Below, piece after piece: positions 45,668-54,172 of a stretch of DNA of 63,708 nucleotides. The notes under the pieces were generated by a model. The model made no database searches. It was not told the origin of the DNA and saw only the letters and a program-made list of their open reading frames with translations. The translations under genes and the position numbers were made by a program. Origin of the DNA: a virus (lineage: Duplodnaviria > Caudoviricetes); IMG/VR virus record IMGVR_UViG_3300042938_000824, positions 1 to 63,708 of that record. One strand, given 5' to 3'. Numbering within the stretch: position 1 is the first letter of the stretch; every line of letters begins with the position of its first letter.

Positions 45668-45719
45668 CAACCTACCGCAGCGGCAATTCAGCCGACGCCA
45701 ACCACCCCGGAGCCTACCA

Positions 45720-45983
45720 ATGACCACCACCGCACGCTGGACCAAGGCCTTTTTCGCCGAAGCCGGGCACATTGCCGGTATCGCACCGCTGCACGCAGCG
45801 CACACTGATCGCTGGAACCAGCTCGAGGATAGGATCAACGCTCTTGCACACTGGCAGGTCGAAGCTCTGCTGACATACTGCGAGGCGCACGCGACCGACA
45901 ATTGGCAGGCTGCCTGCGTGATAACGTCGATGATCCCGGATGACTACTACACGCCCACAGCGCTTGACATGCTCGAAGCTTGA
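45720..45983 (+). CDS. Early hypothetical protein
   Basis: GGAG RBS cassette. Confidence 0.7.
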   Translation: MTTTARWTKAFFAEAGHIAGIAPLHAAHTDRWNQLEDRINALAHWQVEALLTYCEAHATDNWQAACVITSMIPDDYYTPTALDMLEA

Positions 45984-45985
45984 CC

Positions 45986-46033
45986 CCGTGTCCCGTGGTG
46001 CCCGGCGAGATCGCCGGGCAGTACCGGGCACGG
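45986..46033 (+). repeat. Conserved intergenic long hairpin, copy 3
   Basis: Identical to copy 1 except in the loop. Confidence 0.85.
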
Positions 46034-46063
46034 ACCCAGCCACCTACCAAAGGAGCACCTACC

Positions 46064-46402
46064 ATGACCCAGCTGAAGACGATCGCCATCCCCTGCGAGG
46101 GAGAAACACGAGAAATGACTGGCACTGTCGCCATCCTGCCGATCGGCACGCGCAAGGTCCGCTTCCTGATTGAGCGCACAGAAGACGGCTCCTTGGGCTC
46201 GCTTACCCACTACGCTTCCGGCTTTGCATTCGCGCGCAGCCTGAACCGTTTTGCCGTATCGTTCCTCGTTCAGCACGGCACCTATGCCCGCCGCCCTTCA
46301 CCCCGTGAACTCGCCGAGGCAGCAATCGCCGACGCTGTGTACTCGCTCGGAGCCGACAAAGTGCTGGCGATAATCGACGCCGCACCCATGATCAACCGCT
46401 AA
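46064..46402 (+). CDS. Early hypothetical protein
   Basis: aggagcacctaccATG; LTHYASG motif. Confidence 0.7.
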   Translation: MTQLKTIAIPCEGETREMTGTVAILPIGTRKVRFLIERTEDGSLGSLTHYASGFAFARSLNRFAVSFLVQHGTYARRPSPRELAEAAIADAVYSLGADKVLAIIDAAPMINR

Positions 46403-46419
46403 CCCGCAGGAGCTTCCCC

Positions 46420-46557
46420 GTGAACACCACCACCACTTGGACGAACGACAACCCCGCCACAATTTGGAACCGCCTCGCCGCACGGCTTGGCCGCCAGCCG
46501 ACCAATGCCGAAGCCGAAGCCGAGGTAAAGCGCATTTTGTCTGCTTGCAGGCGTTGA
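46420..46557 (+). CDS. 45-aa early peptide (not in track)
   Basis: AGGAG RBS with GTG start; TIWNRLAARLGRQPT.AE..AEVKRIL. Confidence 0.65.
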   Translation: MNTTTTWTNDNPATIWNRLAARLGRQPTNAEAEAEVKRILSACRR

Positions 46558-46583
46558 CAACACCGCCCTGAATGCCTTACTGA
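46554..46583 (+). promoter_or_regulatory. Early promoter 3
   Basis: aggcgTTGACA-18-TACTGA. Confidence 0.7.
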
Positions 46584-46637
46584 CAATCCCACAGCGTCGG
46601 CAATGGTGCCGACGCCAACCACCCCGGAGCACCTACC

Positions 46638-47006
46638 ATGCCCACCACCATCGACAACACCGCCGACGCCATCGACAGCCGCGACATCATCGCCCGCATT
46701 GAGGAGCTGCGCTCGCAGCTCGAGGCCGACGGCAGCCTGTCCGACGAAGACACCGCCGAGTTGCTCACCCTCGACGCACTGGCCAAGCAGGGCGAGGACT
46801 ACGCCGCCGACTGGGAGTACGGCGAGACGCTGATCCGTGACAGCTATTTCAAAGCCTACGCGCAGGAGCTCGCCGAGGAGATCGGCGCGATCAGCCCCTC
46901 CGCCACGTGGCCCAACACGTGCATCGACTGGGATCAGGCCGCGCGCGAACTGCGGATGGACTACACCGCCGTAGAGTTTGGTTCCGTCACCTACTGGGTC
47001 CGCTAA
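46638..47006 (+). CDS. Acidic ArdA-like antirestriction (DNA-mimic) protein
   Basis: Very D/E-rich; YAQELAEE.G..CIDWDQAAREL resembles the ArdA C-terminal region. Confidence 0.55.
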   Translation: MPTTIDNTADAIDSRDIIARIEELRSQLEADGSLSDEDTAELLTLDALAKQGEDYAADWEYGETLIRDSYFKAYAQELAEEIGAISPSATWPNTCIDWDQAARELRMDYTAVEFGSVTYWVR

Positions 47007-47073
47007 CCCCTCCCCCTCGCCGCCGTGGCAACACGGCGGCACCCACCCACAACCACCTAGAGGAGCCCCCACC

Positions 47074-47334
47074 ATGCCCCGCCACCACTACGCGCTTGAG
47101 TACCCCTACGGCCCCGGCGTGAACCACGCCGACACGGGCAAACCCGTCGTGAAGCTGGCCCGCTTCACCTCCCCGCAGGAACGCGACCTGTGGGTTGACG
47201 AACGCGCCGAGGCCAACGAGTGGCGCGCCCGTGGCGCTCGCTGCGCCGCGCCGAGCACCAACACCATGATCCGCGCCGCGCTGGCGCTGCAGCGCCGGGG
47301 CCTCGAGCCCTACTGGTGCAATTGGGGCGTCTGA
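47074..47334 (+). CDS. Early hypothetical protein
   Basis: GAGGAG RBS; F.S..ERD.WV. Confidence 0.65.
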   Translation: MPRHHYALEYPYGPGVNHADTGKPVVKLARFTSPQERDLWVDERAEANEWRARGARCAAPSTNTMIRAALALQRRGLEPYWCNWGV

Positions 47335-47337
47335 TCC

Positions 47338-47412
47338 ATGCTGAACACCATCACCGAAACCCTCGCCTTTATCGGGTTCATCACATTCATCGCCGCGCTC
47401 ATGCTGCTGTAG
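47338..47412 (+). CDS. 24-aa hydrophobic peptide
   Basis: MLNTITETLAFIGFITFIAALMLL*; 3 nt after the upstream stop. Confidence 0.4.
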   Translation: MLNTITETLAFIGFITFIAALMLL

Positions 47413-47485
47413 CGCCGCGCCAGAACCGGGGCCGCAGTGGGCCGCAGATCCAGCCGCTCGAAGAGGCCAAAGAACCTAGGGGGGC

Positions 47486-47607
47486 GTAACGCCCCCTAGG
47501 ACCATTTTCAATTCTAAGGCTGTAGAAACAAGATAACAACCTTATTTATAAGGTTGTTATCCTTCTTCTATAGCTCTAAGGATCAAAAAAGTCCTAAGGG
47601 GTGTTAC
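47486..47607. repeat. 122-bp imperfect palindrome, candidate replication origin
   Basis: 60-bp arms, 45/60 matches without gaps, perfect 14-bp core arms GATAACAACCTTAT; AT-rich and non-coding. Confidence 0.85.
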
Positions 47608-47697
47608 AAAAAAACCTAACGCCCGCGATAAGATACGGCGATCCCGACCCCCTACGGTTCCCTAGTTGTTCGACCGATTGCAACGATCCCTGACACC

Positions 47698-47726
47698 TTG
47701 CCAAAACTCTCTTGGGTCGTTACACC
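47698..47726 (+). promoter_or_regulatory. Possible sigma70-like promoter overlapped by a GTTAC..GTAAC inverted repeat
   Basis: TTGCCA-17-TACACC. Confidence 0.4.
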
Positions 47727-47761
47727 TAGTAGCGTAACAACCCCCTGTTTAAGAGGTCGCA

Positions 47762-48739
47762 ATGCCCTTCCACTACACCCCCGATGCCATCTCCACCGCC
47801 CTCGACTACGTCCCCGACACCGGCGAGTTCATCTGGAAACGCAGCTACGGCAAGCGCATCCGACCCGGCACCCCCGCCGGGTCGATCAACAAAGATGGCG
47901 AGCGGGTCATCACCCTTTTCGGCCAGACCTACTTAGCCAAGCGGCTTGCTTGGCTGCTGTCGTATGGCCATTGGCCCGAATACCCTGTCACCTACCGCTC
48001 ACTGTCAACCGCCTTCACCCCCGAGGCCCGCGCCGCCGCCCGCCTCGACCTGCGGATCGCCAACCTCTGCCTCTACGCACCCCCAAGGGTGCAGAACAGC
48101 CGCGCCGACTACATGCGCCGCCGCCGCGCCGCAGCTGCCGCCGAGCGCACCGCCAAGGCTGAAGCCGAGGCCCACGTCATCGAGAACTACCCCTCGATTG
48201 TCTGGTCCGACACCCACCAGCATTGGCAGGTGCGCGAGGAAGTCTCCGTGCGCCGGAGGATCGCCCCCGGTCGCGAGTACGACATCATCGGCACCACCCG
48301 CGACCGCAACAAAGCCGTCGAAATGTTCAACGTCTTCACCGACCGTTGCCTCTACGTGCTCGACAACCCCGCCAGCGACATACCCGACGACCGCGCCGAC
48401 ATCCGCACCGGCAAAGGGCACACGCTGCGCGAGATCAGCGCCGCCATCTGCTACAACCCTGAGACCGGCGAGTTCCTGTCGCGTCTAGGCAAGCTGGCAG
48501 GCACGCGCATCGACCGGCCAAAGGACGGCGCGGCCCTTGAGAGCGTCCGTGTGGTGCCATTCAGGCAAGACACCTACTACGCCCGCAACCTCGCGTGGTT
48601 CCTCGGCTACTACGAGTGGCCAGCCCCCCGCGAAATCGTCTATGACAACGGCTGGAACGACGATTGCCGCCTCGAAAATCTGGTTCGCCGCGCCGACAAA
48701 GAGGCGCGCGAACGTTACGGCGTTCACGTCACCCCTTGA
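47762..48739 (+). CDS. Tandem degenerate HNH-endonuclease-like protein
   Basis: Two Y.P.TGEF..LAW...Y..WP..D.R..NL units, both lacking the catalytic DH. Confidence 0.7.
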   Translation: MPFHYTPDAISTALDYVPDTGEFIWKRSYGKRIRPGTPAGSINKDGERVITLFGQTYLAKRLAWLLSYGHWPEYPVTYRSLSTAFTPEARAAARLDLRIANLCLYAPPRVQNSRADYMRRRRAAAAAERTAKAEAEAHVIENYPSIVWSDTHQHWQVREEVSVRRRIAPGREYDIIGTTRDRNKAVEMFNVFTDRCLYVLDNPASDIPDDRADIRTGKGHTLREISAAICYNPETGEFLSRLGKLAGTRIDRPKDGAALESVRVVPFRQDTYYARNLAWFLGYYEWPAPREIVYDNGWNDDCRLENLVRRADKEARERYGVHVTP

Positions 48740-48793
48740 CGCCTTTGTCAGCGCATGCAATAAAACACACCTACCAACCACGGAGGACTACCA

Positions 48794-49009
48794 ATGCCGA
48801 CCCCCACCGACCTCGACGGCAACCCCTACACCCCCACCGGAAACTACGGATGGATGACCGACGCCCACCGCGCCACCTGCGCCCTGCACATGGCCTGCGA
48901 TCCCGCCCAGATCGAGTATCGGCTCGACGCCCGCGCGGCGATGGACGCCAAGCTCGCCGAGCGGCGCGAGTACGAAGACCCGATGGCCTACACCCGGTCG
49001 CGGTACTGA
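48794..49009 (+). CDS. Hypothetical protein
   Basis: GGAGG RBS. Confidence 0.65.
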   Translation: MPTPTDLDGNPYTPTGNYGWMTDAHRATCALHMACDPAQIEYRLDARAAMDAKLAERREYEDPMAYTRSRY

Positions 49010-49012
49010 CCC

Positions 49013-49267
49013 GTGGCCATAACCCGCCCGCTGAAGCCGACCAAATCCACCGACCCGCTGCTCCAGCAGATATTCGACGAGCAGCAGCGGCTAGGCATGA
49101 CAACCACGGACCTCGCCCAACGGGCGGGGTTGCCTAAGCCAACCGTCGACGGGTTGCGCCAGCCGCGACCCGGCAGAGGCAAGGTTGTCCCGATCAACTA
49201 CGTGCGCCGGTTGGCGACTGCGGTGGGGTTTTCGTTCCCCTCCGAACTGCAGAGGCTGGACCAATGA
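49013..49267 (+). CDS. XRE/Cro-type HTH regulator (paralogue 1)
   Basis: MTTTDLAQRAGL..PTV; GTG start. Confidence 0.7.
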   Translation: MAITRPLKPTKSTDPLLQQIFDEQQRLGMTTTDLAQRAGLPKPTVDGLRQPRPGRGKVVPINYVRRLATAVGFSFPSELQRLDQ

Positions 49268-49707
49268 CCGACGCAATCGACACCTTGTGCCGGGAACACC
49301 TCGCTGCGGTCGCCGACGAGTACGCCGTAGACCCTCACCGCATTCGCGGCGAGGATCGAACGGGGAGGGCCTCCGAGGCGCGCAAGGCGCTCATCTGGCG
49401 GCTGCACACTGCCGACGTGCCCCACGTCGCCATCGCCGACTGGATAAACCGCTCGGTCACCTACGTGAACGTCGCCGTCAAGTACAAGGTTCTGCGCGAG
49501 GGGCTGCACGACGAACGCAACCCCTTCGAGCAGGCCTACGAGCGGAGGAAAGAGGTCTTGTCCTTGATCGACAAAGGCGTTCCCCTCCACGAGATCGCTG
49601 CCCGCACGGGCTACACCTACGGCTCGCTCCGCAGCGTTCTCAGCCGCATGCGTAAACGCGGCGAAGTCCACTACCTCTACAACCACAACAAGGAAGCCAA
49701 GCTATGA
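49264..49707 (+). CDS. DnaA domain-IV-like plus second HTH DNA-binding protein
   Basis: VA.EY.V....I.G..R....SEAR...IA..INR; C-terminal G....EIA..TG. Confidence 0.55.
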   Translation: MTDAIDTLCREHLAAVADEYAVDPHRIRGEDRTGRASEARKALIWRLHTADVPHVAIADWINRSVTYVNVAVKYKVLREGLHDERNPFEQAYERRKEVLSLIDKGVPLHEIAARTGYTYGSLRSVLSRMRKRGEVHYLYNHNKEAKL

Positions 49708-50048
49708 CCACCAAGAAGCCGACCACCACCACGATCAGCAAGACCACCACCGGCGTGACCGAGTTCGTCGAGCACTCGACCGACATGCAGCTGACGCCCA
49801 TGCCCATCAGCGCCCGCCCCTACATCCTCGAGAGTTCTGAGTTCGACGCATTCATCCACGGCAAGCGGACCTCCGCCATGCGCGAGATCGAAGATCTCGA
49901 CGCCGAGATCGTGCGCCTCCAGACCGAGATCGACGCCCGCCTCGACCGCCGCCAAGACCTTATGGCAATCGTCATCCGCGCCGACGCCGCCCTCACCATC
50001 GACAGGCTCGACCGCCCGTCGCCCCAGATCACCAGCAAGGAAGACTAA
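49704..50048 (+). CDS. Coiled-coil hypothetical protein
   Basis: AAGGA RBS, ATGA overlap. Confidence 0.65.
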   Translation: MTTKKPTTTTISKTTTGVTEFVEHSTDMQLTPMPISARPYILESSEFDAFIHGKRTSAMREIEDLDAEIVRLQTEIDARLDRRQDLMAIVIRADAALTIDRLDRPSPQITSKED

Positions 50049-50052
50049 TGAA

Positions 50053-50310
50053 ATGACCCAGCACAACGGACTACCAGTATCCGGCTACAAGCCGCAGAGC
50101 GACGACAAGGTGCAGTTCGTCAACGAGAACAAGGCGCTCGAGGAGCGAGTGCTGCGCCAACTTGACGCCATGAAAGCCAATCCTGCCTTTGACCAGCGGA
50201 TGGTCGCCATCGCCTACACCGGCATCCAAGAGGCGTTCATGTGGGCCAACCGGGCGGTGTTCCAGCCGGGCCGCGTGACGTTGCCAGAGGACCAAGGCAC
50301 CACGACATGA
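50053..50310 (+). CDS. acb2: Acb2-like anti-CBASS nucleotide sponge
   Basis: GYKPQSD..V..VN.NK..EE..R...IA.T.IQ...MW..RAV.QP pattern; 85 aa. Confidence 0.75.
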   Translation: MTQHNGLPVSGYKPQSDDKVQFVNENKALEERVLRQLDAMKANPAFDQRMVAIAYTGIQEAFMWANRAVFQPGRVTLPEDQGTTT

Positions 50311-50891
50311 CCAAGACAATGGATTGGCCAGCCTCCGTGCCCGACCGCACGAAGCTGGTCCGCTACTACATCATGGAAGAGGGCTGGACCTACCTGCAAC
50401 TGGCCGAAGCCTTTGGTGTGTCGCGCAGCGCCATCGCTGGCGTGTGCTTCCGCGCCGACATACGGAAGCTGAAGCCTGCAGCCAAGGCCGCGGTCGTTAC
50501 CCGACCCTTGCCCGGCGACCACCTTTCGACGAGACTGACTGCAGCGCCCATTGAGGAGGCACCAGTTGACATCATGGCCAAGCGAGCAAGGTCTGCGCAG
50601 CGACCGATGCAGAGGGGCCCCATCATGGGGCCCCCACTAAAGGCCGTACCCATTGAGGGCGGCGTGTGGTCGCCTTTGCCCGGCATCGACGCCATCGCCT
50701 TCGCCGACACGACGGCGAGCCAGTGCAAGTGGATGGTCGGGCACCACCTGTGCTGCGGCGCTCAGGCCGCGCGCGACAAGCCCTACTGTCCCACGCACTG
50801 CGCCGTAGCCTACAAAGACCCGCCGCCGCACCTCATGAAGCGGCGCGGCAACAGCCAGACAAGCACGTTCAAGGTGAGGCTAACCCCATGA
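50307..50891 (+). CDS. gcrA: GcrA-like cell-cycle regulator
   Basis: EG.T..QLA..FGVSRSAIAG...R; C-terminal CKW..G...CCG......YC..H...AY. Confidence 0.8.
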   Translation: MTKTMDWPASVPDRTKLVRYYIMEEGWTYLQLAEAFGVSRSAIAGVCFRADIRKLKPAAKAAVVTRPLPGDHLSTRLTAAPIEEAPVDIMAKRARSAQRPMQRGPIMGPPLKAVPIEGGVWSPLPGIDAIAFADTTASQCKWMVGHHLCCGAQAARDKPYCPTHCAVAYKDPPPHLMKRRGNSQTSTFKVRLTP

Positions 50892-51412
50892 CTCAATCCA
50901 GTACGATGCACTCGCCGCTTGGGCCGCAGACGGATGACGAGCGGCGGTGCTTCGACCGAGGCATGGAACAGTGGCGCGCATCATTGAAGCGCCCTGACAT
51001 GACTGAGGAAGATCGCGTCAAAGGTGCCCTCGAAGCCTATTGCCGTCAGGCGTTCGCGCTGGCCCTCTCCGCTCCCATCAAAGCGGGGGAGGCTGTGCCG
51101 GTGGCGTGGCGCTGGCGGTATCCTGCGTCGATGACCGACGATCAATCGTGGCGCTTCATGGAACTGGAGCCAAACTGGGTTCGCCAGCGTGGCTACCCGG
51201 TCGAACCCCTCTACGCATCCCCTCAAGCCTATGGGGTGAGGGTCACGGACGAGATGGTGAAATCCGCAACCGCAGCATTTATGACCGCTCCGGGTGTAGG
51301 AAACGCGCATCTGGTGCGACGACCTTTAGAAGTCCAAATGCGCGCCGCCCTTGAAGCCGCCCTATCCCACACCGAACAGGGGGCAGCCCATGACCCAATC
51401 CAGTACCGATAG
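50888..51412 (+). CDS. Hypothetical protein
   Basis: ATGA overlap; PVAWRW, EPLYA, VTDEMV motifs. Confidence 0.65.
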   Translation: MTQSSTMHSPLGPQTDDERRCFDRGMEQWRASLKRPDMTEEDRVKGALEAYCRQAFALALSAPIKAGEAVPVAWRWRYPASMTDDQSWRFMELEPNWVRQRGYPVEPLYASPQAYGVRVTDEMVKSATAAFMTAPGVGNAHLVRRPLEVQMRAALEAALSHTEQGAAHDPIQYR

Positions 51413-51794
51413 CTCACTGGTGGAGAGACTGCGGGCCAATTCGTTATGGCCCACCGGTGCCTACAAGTCGCTCACAGCCGAAGCCGCCGACGAACTCACC
51501 GCCCTCACCGCCAAGATATCGGACGCCGAGCAGCGCATTGCCGCCCTCATGTCCGAGCGGTCTAGCCTTATCGCAACGAAGGCCGAGCAGCTTGTCGCGT
51601 TGACGAAGCGCGCCACCGCCGCCGAAGCAAAGGTAGCACGGATGGGGGAGGCGCTGGAATGGTACGGCGAACGGGCGCGGCTCGCACGCCTGATCCACAG
51701 TGGGGGCGACCCTGCGCGATTTGAGCTGTCTGATGACGGTGGCAAGCGTGCCCGCGCCGCTCTCCAATCCGAAGACCGGGAGGGCGGGGAATGA
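51390..51794 (+). CDS. Coiled-coil hypothetical protein
   Basis: LVERLR, EAAD, EALEWY..ARAAL. Confidence 0.65.
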   Translation: MTQSSTDSSLVERLRANSLWPTGAYKSLTAEAADELTALTAKISDAEQRIAALMSERSSLIATKAEQLVALTKRATAAEAKVARMGEALEWYGERARLARLIHSGGDPARFELSDDGGKRARAALQSEDREGGE

Positions 51795-52051
51795 CCGGTC
51801 GTCGAGAAGGCAAGCCCCTCCAGCCCAACACCGCGTACGATCCGCTGATAAAGCAAATCTTTGACGAGCAGGAGCGGCTCAACATTTCTTCGAGGCTGCT
51901 GGCTAGCATATCAGGGGTTCCGAAGCACGCCATCGATGAACTGCGCCACCCCTCGCTTGACAAGGGCAAGCGCGTACCGCTGCACCAAGTCAGGCGACTG
52001 GCCGAGGCGCTCGACTTCGAGTTCCCCGACCGCCTGCGCAAACGCATCTGA
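51791..52051 (+). CDS. XRE/Cro-type HTH regulator (paralogue 2)
   Basis: DPL..QIFDEQ.RL..GK.VP...VRRLA shared with 49013-49267. Confidence 0.75.
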   Translation: MTGRREGKPLQPNTAYDPLIKQIFDEQERLNISSRLLASISGVPKHAIDELRHPSLDKGKRVPLHQVRRLAEALDFEFPDRLRKRI

Positions 52052-52067
52052 AAGAAGGAACACCACC

Positions 52068-52511
52068 ATGATCAACGTCACCGGCATCCGCGAACTGCTC
52101 CCGCGCCGCGGCGAGGTAATCTACGCCTACGGCGGCCCGCCACCCGGCGTCGACGTGATGTGGCGCGCCGAGGCACCGACATACTCGGTCGTCATCGACT
52201 ACGAGACCGAGCGCTACAGCAGCTCGGATCCGGTGATCGAGATGCGTTGGTACGAGGTCAAGAAGCGGACGCGCTGCGGCGCACGGCTGGAGAACGGCCG
52301 CTTAACCTACACCGACAAGAGCGTCACCGCCCGCGAGTGGGCAAGCAACACCCCCGCCGAGGCGCTGGCCTCGTTCAGGGAACGCCGCCGCAGGCAGATC
52401 GGTATACTGAAACACCAGCTTCGCCGCGCCGAGATCGAGCTGGCGCTGACCGAAGGCGCTGAAGTTGGCACGCCGCCCGCGCACCAGCCCTACATCATGC
52501 GAGGCTGGTGA
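52068..52511 (+). CDS. Hypothetical protein
   Basis: AAGGA RBS; KRT.CGA, EAL.SF..R..RQI.IL. Confidence 0.65.
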   Translation: MINVTGIRELLPRRGEVIYAYGGPPPGVDVMWRAEAPTYSVVIDYETERYSSSDPVIEMRWYEVKKRTRCGARLENGRLTYTDKSVTAREWASNTPAEALASFRERRRRQIGILKHQLRRAEIELALTEGAEVGTPPAHQPYIMRGW

Positions 52512-52515
52512 TCCG

Positions 52516-52767
52516 ATGAGCATGGATCGCTTCAGGGCCATCAAGCCGCCCGACCGAGCCCACCCTCTGGTGCGCCAGATGTTCGCCGAAATGAACGAGC
52601 AGCAGTGCTCGCAGCAGACCATGTCGGAGCGATCCGGCATCAACAAGAACACCTTCAGGTCGTGGCGCACCAAGGCCGTGCCACGCATCGACGACCTCGA
52701 GGCCTGCCTCAACGTGCTGGGGCTCGAGATCGTCGTCAGGCCCATCAAGGACACAGGACGCGGATGA
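52516..52767 (+). CDS. XRE-type HTH regulator (paralogue 3)
   Basis: HPLVRQ.F..SERSGIN.NT...W....PR..DLEACLN.LG. Confidence 0.75.
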   Translation: MSMDRFRAIKPPDRAHPLVRQMFAEMNEQQCSQQTMSERSGINKNTFRSWRTKAVPRIDDLEACLNVLGLEIVVRPIKDTGRG

Positions 52768-53240
52768 CCAAGCGCAAATGGGGCCGCAAGAAGTCCCAGC
52801 CGAAGATCCCGAGCCTGCTCAGCCGCAACGTGGCCAAGGTCTGGTCTCAGAAAGGCGGCGTCCTGCGGTTCACCCTATCCTACGACATCGTGGAGCGGCT
52901 CGTGCTGCTCCGCGATGGGCCCAAGGGGAAGCTCAACGCCTACTCATGGCGCGACATGCACGTCGAGTTCATGACCATGACGCACCAATCGGTGCCAGCC
53001 ATCTTCCTGCGCCTCGACCAGTGGAGGCTGTCCTCCGACAAGTCGCCACACCCCAAGATATCGAAGCGCAATGACGGCCACCGCTTCCACACCTCGATAT
53101 CGGCGCGTCGTGTCGGTATCAGACCTGACCAGCCCCACACCCGGCTGAAGCTGCTCTGGCTCAAGAAGCTGAAGGGTCTCCTGCTCATCTTCCCAGACGA
53201 GTCCATCTGCGTCAAAAAGGAAGAGCCACCGGCTGGATGA
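52764..53240 (+). CDS. Basic hypothetical protein
   Basis: ATGA overlap, AGGA RBS. Confidence 0.6.
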   Translation: MTKRKWGRKKSQPKIPSLLSRNVAKVWSQKGGVLRFTLSYDIVERLVLLRDGPKGKLNAYSWRDMHVEFMTMTHQSVPAIFLRLDQWRLSSDKSPHPKISKRNDGHRFHTSISARRVGIRPDQPHTRLKLLWLKKLKGLLLIFPDESICVKKEEPPAG

Positions 53241-53363
53241 CCGGTGGCTCTCCTCTTCAACCACGAAGGAACCGAAGGCCTCACGGACCTCGTTGCTCAG
53301 GCTACCACCCCCAAGCAGACCCTGTATACGCTTGTGGTTCGCGCGGCGCAAGCACCACTACAT

Positions 53364-54161
53364 CTAGGCGGCGAACGACGCCGCCTTCTCGCGGAACATG
53401 GTCGAGAGGCGCTTCTTCTCCTCCGCCGTCCCGAAGTCCATGACGAAGCTGGCAGCGCTTTGGTTCTTCGTCCACATGGCCGTGACCCCTGCCCGATCCC
53501 CCGGCGCGTCGATGTTGTCATCGAACACCTCCATGATGGCCGTCGCCAGTTCCGTTGCAGGGATACCGTCGAGAGGGTACGGGTCGATCATGACCGGCAA
53601 GCCGTCAGGCGTGCGGCGTTGGATCAGCTTGGGGATTTCTGCTCGAGGCTTCCCCTCGTTCGCACGCCACGGAATTTCCGGCTCGGGTACAGGTGCCGGA
53701 TCCTCCTCGACCTCCTCCGTCCACTCGCGCTCCGCCACCGCGGCGGGTGCCTGCGGCTGAGGCGGCAGCCTGCCGAAGATCATGTATGTCAGGGCCACCT
53801 GCGCGTTGAGGCGCGCAAACAGCGACGGCGACGGTGCCTCCTGCGGCACCATCATCGAGATGGTGTCCAAGTCCTCGAAGTATGGCCTGTCCTTGTGCCC
53901 GACCTCGACGCTGAAGCGGACCATGACGAAGCCGGGCGCGGCGACATGGCAGTCGAACTCGGTCATCTTCCACATCCAGCCAGCGGCCCATGCCACCGAC
54001 GCCAGTTCGTGGTAGGCGGTATCAACCGGCACGCCACGCACGAACTCGTGCAGGTCGTGGAGCAGCGGCGGCAGGCCGACCGCGGTCGTGCCAGCGGTGG
54101 TCTCGGTAGCGACGCCGACGTCGGTGTCGACAGGATCGGGGATGGGTTTACGTACGGGCAT
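53364..54161 (-). CDS. Hypothetical protein (start MPVRKP)
   Basis: AAAGGA RBS; biased codon usage. Confidence 0.7.
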   Translation of the reverse strand: MPVRKPIPDPVDTDVGVATETTAGTTAVGLPPLLHDLHEFVRGVPVDTAYHELASVAWAAGWMWKMTEFDCHVAAPGFVMVRFSVEVGHKDRPYFEDLDTISMMVPQEAPSPSLFARLNAQVALTYMIFGRLPPQPQAPAAVAEREWTEEVEEDPAPVPEPEIPWRANEGKPRAEIPKLIQRRTPDGLPVMIDPYPLDGIPATELATAIMEVFDDNIDAPGDRAGVTAMWTKNQSAASFVMDFGTAEEKKRLSTMFREKAASFAA

Positions 54162-54172
54162 GTGTGTTCCTT

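Noticed and set aside
44516-46640. CRISPR array or attC/integron cassettes
   Set aside because: Repeats are separated by whole genes of variable length, lack GTTRRRY-type ends, and there is no cas operon or integrase; the DUF2800 Cas4-like gene belongs to the replication module
47532-47561. Protelomerase (telRL) site
   Set aside because: No protelomerase or tyrosine-recombinase gene was recognised, and the centre is not perfectly palindromic
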